Source: Paramoeba atlantica (Eukaryota; Protista; Discosea). From it: 23,056 bases of DNA. A program made the translations under genes and the position numbers. The stretch spans positions 1-23,056 of the forward strand of contig CDRNVI010000112.1 in NCBI GenBank assembly GCA_977017575.1, in the 5' to 3' direction. The notes under the pieces are model-generated. The model did no database searches. It was not told the origin of the DNA and saw only the letters and a program-made list of their open reading frames with translations. Shown here in pieces: positions 18,369-23,056 of this stretch; position 1 is the first letter of the stretch; each line of letters opens with the position of its first letter.

Positions 18369-18765
18369 ATCAATTAATAAGAAATAAAGGCAGAGTAAAA
18401 AAAAAAGACGTACAAAAGTTCTTTTGTTAGATTCTTGTCCACAAAAAAGAGGTGTTTGTATTGAAATTAGAAATAGTGTTAGTCCAAAGAAACCAAATTC
18501 CGCTAAAAGAAAAGTAGCAAAAATAAGGTTATCAACAGGTAAAAAATTAATAGCAGTTATACCAGGTCAAGGTCATAATTTACAAAAATATTCAGTTGTT
18601 ATGATTAGAGGAGGACGTGCTAGAGATATTCCAGGTGTACGTTATAAATTGATAAAAGGAAAATATGATTTTAGTAATTGAGAACGTGAAGAACGAAATA
18701 AAAGTCGTTCTAAATATGGTTTGAAAAAAAAAAAGAAGGAAGGAAAGATTTTAAAAGATGAATAA
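18356..18765 (+). CDS. rps12: Ribosomal protein S12 (one frameshift in A10 run 18397-18406)
   Basis: [61 protein letters not shown]. Confidence 0.95.
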
Positions 18766-19153
18766 TTGAATAAAATATTTAATACAATTATTAATAAGAA
18801 AAGGAAAAAAACAACGAATTATATTAAGTTTAGAGAAAATTTTTATTAATATAAAAAAAATATATGGTTGTTTAAATACTTTTTTTAAACAAATAGAAAC
18901 TAATATATTCATTAGAATGTTTTGTTATATTAAAAAAGTAGGAGGTAAAAAATTATTAATACCACATATTTTAAAATCAAAAGATTCTATACCATATTCT
19001 GTTAAATTAATAGTTAGATCTATTAATTCTAGAACTGAGCGAAAATTTCAAGAACGTATTCAAAATGAATTAATAGATGTATATAATAATAAAGGTTTAT
19101 CTATAAAAAAAAAAAATGATATGTATAGATTAATAGAAAGCAAATTATACTAA
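18758..19153 (+). CDS. rps7: Ribosomal protein S7 (may end at 19178 if one A at 19137-19139 is spurious)
   Basis: LLIRKGKK, KKVGGKKLLIP, IQNELIDVYNNKGLSIKKKND. Removing one A gives a more S7-like C-terminus IEANYTNIRFKRKK*. Confidence 0.88.
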
Positions 19154-19181
19154 TATTAGATTTAAAAGAAAAAAATAATAT

Positions 19182-19924
19182 ATGTTAAAAAGAAAAAACA
19201 GTCAAAAACAATAAAATATTTAACATTTGGTTTAAAAAATTATGCAGGAGTTAATAATATGGGTCATAAAACAGTTAAATCAAAGGGAACTAGAGTTAAA
19301 AAGAAATATAGATTAATTGATTTTTTTAGAACTTACGTTGATATACCTGCAATGGTATTAAGAATTGAGTATGATCCTAATAGATCTGCAAATATAGCTT
19401 TAATATGTTATAAAAATGGATTTTTATCTTATATTTTAGCAGCCGAAGGTTTGAAAGAAGGTATGGTTTTAAATTCAGTAGATAAAATTGTTGGTTCTAC
19501 ATATCCTTTAGTAAATATAAAATTTGGTTCTTTTATATCTTGTATGGAATTAAAAAAAAAAAAAGGAAGTAAAGTAGCTAGATCTGCAGGTTCTTTTTGT
19601 TTATTAATATCACAAATAAATGAAAATTATTATTTAATAAGATTTCCTTCTGGTTTAGAAAAATTAATTTTTAAATATAATAAAGCTATGATAGGTATTG
19701 TATCAAATAGAGGGCATAATTTAATAAAAAAAGGTAAAGCGGGTGTTAATATAAGATTAGGTAAAAAATCAACAGTTAGAGGTGTAGCAAAAAATTGTGT
19801 AGATCACCCTAATGGTGGTGGTAGAGGTAAAACTTCTCCATGAGTCGATTGTCCAAATTTTACAAGACGTGTATTAAAATTTGTACCTACAACTAAGAAA
19901 AAAAAAAAAAATGAATTTAAATAA
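19182..19924 (+). CDS. rpl2: Ribosomal protein L2 (frameshift in A6 run 19193-19198)
   Basis: AGVNNMGH, IEYDPNRSANIAL, VARSAGS, TVRGVAKNCVDHPNGGGRGKT. Confidence 0.95.
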
Positions 19925-20189
19925 TATTAAAAATATTAAAAATATTATTTATTTTTTAAATTTTTCAAAAATAGATAAATTTATTTGATTAAAGTTAAAA
20001 GTAAAAGGTTTTAAAATAAAAAATTATATGATTAATAAAAGATTAACTGTATATAATGGTCGTTATTTTATTCCAATTAAAATTATAGATAGTATGGTTA
20101 ATTATATGATTAATTATTTTTTTTTTTCAAAAAATATATTAATAAAAGATAAAAAGAAAAAGAAACGTATAAAGAAAAAGAAAAAATAA
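19911..20189 (+). CDS. rps19: Ribosomal protein S19, divergent (92 aa)
   Basis: LTVYNGRYFIPIKIIDSMV matches the S19 motif V(H/Y)NG..F.P..I...MV; lies between rpl2 and rps3. Confidence 0.8.
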
Positions 20190-20191
20190 TT

Positions 20192-21384
20192 ATGGGACAT
20201 TTAGTTAATCCAATAACATATAGATTATCAAAAAGTAAATATTGAATTTCGTCTTGAAATAATATTACAAAAAAAAATTATAAATTATTTTTTTTTAGAA
20301 GATTATAATATTATTAAATTTTATAATTGAATTAAAGTTATAATTAATTGAAACAAGTTAAATTTAGAAATATTACCGTTAAATATAATTAAAACATATA
20401 AAATGATGATAATAAATTTAAATTTATTAAATGATGATAATAAATTTTTAATTAATGATATTAAGTCAAAAAAATATAAATTAAAAAAATATTATAATCA
20501 GTCAAAAAAATATATATTTAAATCTTTTTTAAAGTATAAACAGTCAAAAAGAAAAAAAAAATATAATTTTTTAAAAGAAAAAAAAAAAAAAAAAATATAT
20601 ATTAAATTTTTTACGTAAATTTTTTTATAGTAAAAGAAAAAATTTTTATAAAAATAAAAAATATGTTTGATTTAATTATTTTTTTTGAGACATGCATAAT
20701 AATAAATATTATTTATTTTATAATAAGTCTTGTAGAGGGTTTTATAGAAAGAAAATATTTAAAAATATATGAAAAAAAAATCAATAAATAATTTTAATAA
20801 TTTTAAATATTTTTATAAATATAAAAATATTTATATTTATAAAAATAATAAAAGATTAAACAATTTTATTTTTAAATATAAATGATTTAATTTATTAAGA
20901 ATTCCAACTAATCGTTGATTAAATAGATTAAAATATATTAAAAATACTAATTATTTAACTTTAGATAAAAAATTTATTTTTATATTAAAAAATTTTTTAT
21001 CGTTTTTTATAAAAAAAATTTTTAAAGTTAATAATCCTATAATTAATTTTATAGATAAAAAAGAAGTAAATTATTCTACTTATTCTTTATATAAGCTAAT
21101 TTTATGAAGATTGCGTGTAGGTTATAAAATAGAGCATTATGCTTATTTATTACATAATAAATTAAAAAAATGAAAGAGGTATTATAGGTTTTAAAATAGG
21201 TTATGCAGGGAGATATAAAAAAAAGTTAAGAAATAAAAAGTTTATTAAACAATTTGGTGCTATTTCACCAAGTAATATAAATTCTCCTTTAAGTTATAAT
21301 CAGTTTATTTTAATTATGCGGTATGGTGTTTGTGGTGTAAAAATGAGTTATGTTAGAAAAGTGTATTTATCTTCTATAATATAA
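20192..21384 (+). CDS. rps3: Ribosomal protein S3, long and K/N/Y-rich, with four homopolymer frameshifts
   Basis: N-terminal MGHLVNPITYRL and C-terminal GIIGFKIGYAGRY...RYGVCGVKM. Continuity needs corrections at T9 20288-20296, A18 20578-20595 (or T6 20607-20612), A9 20772-20780 and A7 21164-21170. Confidence 0.88.
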
Positions 21385-21432
21385 AAAGAAAGAAAAGAGA
21401 AAAAAAGTTGATTTATTAAGAAATAAATAGAA

Positions 21433-21847
21433 ATGAAAAAAATTTTTGTCAAAAAACATTTAATATTAAATTATTCTAATACTAAAAATTCGATAGAAAA
21501 AATATATAATGGTCAATTTGCTATATATTTTTTAGAAGGTGGTATACTATATAATAATGAATTTAAGGCTTTATTATTTTTTTTAAAAAAAAGATTAAAA
21601 TTTTTTACTAAATTATTTATACGTTTTCATCCAAGTTTTAAAAAATACATCAAAACCTATAGGTGTTAGAATGGGTAAAGGTAAGGGTGCATTAAATGAA
21701 TATTATTTTAATATATCAAAAGGTCAAATATTTATTGAATTTGGTTTTTCTAATAAATTATTTATATTAAATGATAATGATAAAAAAAAATTATTAGAAT
21801 ATATTAAAGGAATTGTTAAATTAGCCTCATTAAAATCAAATATTTAA
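21433..21847 (+). CDS. rpl16: Ribosomal protein L16 (frameshift in A6 run 21640-21645)
   Basis: GQFAIYFLEGG, then TSKPIGVRMGKGKG after removing one A; synteny rps3-rpl16-rpl14. Confidence 0.92.
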
Positions 21848-21874
21848 ATTTAAATTAGTTTATAATAAAGAAAA

Positions 21875-22233
21875 ATGATTTTAGTAGGTAGTTATTTAAA
21901 TTGTAGTGATAATTCTGGTGCACGTATTGTAAAATGTATAAGAATTTATAAAAAGAAAAAAATATGGATCTATTGGTGATGAAATATTAATAACTGTTAA
22001 AACAAATAATCCTAAAAAAAGAATAAAAAAAGGAGAATTATATAAGGCTTTAATTATTAGAACTAAATATAATTTTAAAAAAAAATATAAATTATTATAA
22101 ATTTAGTGATAATGCTGTTGTTTTGATAAATAAAAAAAAATTACCTTTAGGTACAAAATTATTTGGTATTAGTTTAAAATTTTTAAGATTTATAAACCGT
22201 AAAGTTTTCTTATTGATGCAAAGTATAATATAA
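21875..22233 (+). CDS. rpl14: Ribosomal protein L14 (frameshifts in A7 21956-21962 and A9 22077-22085)
   Basis: MILVGSYLNCSDNSGARIVKCI, GSIGDEI, KFSDNAVVLIN, PLGTKLFG. Confidence 0.93.
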
Positions 22234-22237
22234 AAAT

Positions 22238-22747
22238 ATGAAAAGTATAGATTTCAAAAGTAATTTAAATATAATACAAAAGGATAACATTAGTAAATTG
22301 AATATAATGAGTTTTAATCAATTATCAAAAATTGATAAAGTTGATGTAAAAGTTAAATTATATTCTTCAGATGGTAATATAGTTAGAAGGTATCTTATTT
22401 TAAATAAATTATTTAAAAAATTATTTAATCAAAGAGTTTCTATTATAAAAATACAAAAAGAGACATTACGTAATTTTTCTGTTAGATCAAGACGTAATAA
22501 TTTATCTTATTATATAGTTTTAGGATTAAGTTTAAGAAAAAATAATATTTATTCTAATTTAAATTATTTATATAATATTATTTTTAATTTATTAGATAAA
22601 AATAATGAAAGTAGTTTAATTTATAGAAAAGAAAATAAATATATAATAGAATTAAAAAATTTTAATTTTTTATTAGGATTAAATAGTGATGAAGATATAT
22701 TGGTAAATAATTTAATTTTTAAATTAAATTTTATTATAAATTTTTAA
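22238..22747 (+). CDS. rpl5: Ribosomal protein L5, divergent (169 aa)
   Basis: NIMSFNQLSKIDKV N-terminal motif, LRNFSVR, LSLRKNNIYSNL; lies between rpl14 and rps14. Confidence 0.78.
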   Translation: MKSIDFKSNLNIIQKDNISKLNIMSFNQLSKIDKVDVKVKLYSSDGNIVRRYLILNKLFKKLFNQRVSIIKIQKETLRNFSVRSRRNNLSYYIVLGLSLRKNNIYSNLNYLYNIIFNLLDKNNESSLIYRKENKYIIELKNFNFLLGLNSDEDILVNNLIFKLNFIINF

Positions 22748-22767
22748 TAATAATAATAATAAATTAC

Positions 22768-23037
22768 ATGAAAAAATATTTTTTAAAAAATTATAAAAAT
22801 GAAAGAATATATAATAATAATAATACATTAGTATTATTATTAAAAATTTTAAAAATATATAGGAAAAAGAAAATATTTTTTTTGAATTTTCCTATACAGA
22901 ATATTTTAAGAAAGAATTTTTGTATAGAAACTGGTTTAAAGAGATCTGTTTTTCGAGATTTTTCTTTATCTAGAATGAATATAAAAGAATCTCTTAATAT
23001 GAAACAAATTAATGGTTTAAAAAAAATATCTTGATAA
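22768..23037 (+). CDS. rps14: Ribosomal protein S14 (89 aa; ends KKISW*)
   Basis: RKNFCIETGLKRSVFRDFSLSR and GLKKISW; TGA 23032-23034 is Trp, followed by TAA. Confidence 0.92.
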
Positions 23038-23040
23038 GTT

Positions 23041-23056
23041 ATGAATTTTTTTTGTA
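23041..23056 (+). CDS. Start of the next gene, cut by the window edge (rps8 expected from ancestral order)
   Basis: ATG 3 nt after the rps14 stop; identity from synteny only. Confidence 0.35.

Overview
This window joins two unrelated kinds of DNA. (1) Bases 1-~3665 are near-balanced GC (about 45-50% by eye), show no sign of introns, and encode on the minus strand an NLR-like NACHT NTPase with C-terminal 33-aa HEAT-like repeats. It resembles proteins of intracellular bacteria. The 963-aa ORF appears to be the 3' part of a longer frame that runs, through three single-base slips, right up to the junction. (2) Bases ~3666-23056 are a very AT-rich protist mitochondrial genome, most like Amoebozoa, with all genes on the + strand and UGA read as Trp (a tRNA-Trp with anticodon UCA is encoded). 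Order: partial ORF, cox2, cox3, cox1, 13 tRNAs, atp9, 2 tRNAs, rnl, 2 tRNAs, rns, candidate 5S rRNA, 2 tRNAs, rps11, ORF, nad9, nad7, rpl11, probable rpl10, rps12, rps7, rpl2, rps19, rps3, rpl16, rpl14, rpl5, rps14. Main signals: 14 of 19 tRNAs have mismatches in acceptor-stem pairs 1-3, the signature of 5' tRNA editing. The junction cuts genes on both sides and has a 5-bp direct repeat. About 16 frameshifts can each be repaired at a homopolymer, in both directions, which points to uncorrected read or consensus errors and makes a chimeric join the leading explanation. All translations and foldings were done by hand; rRNA ends are approximate.
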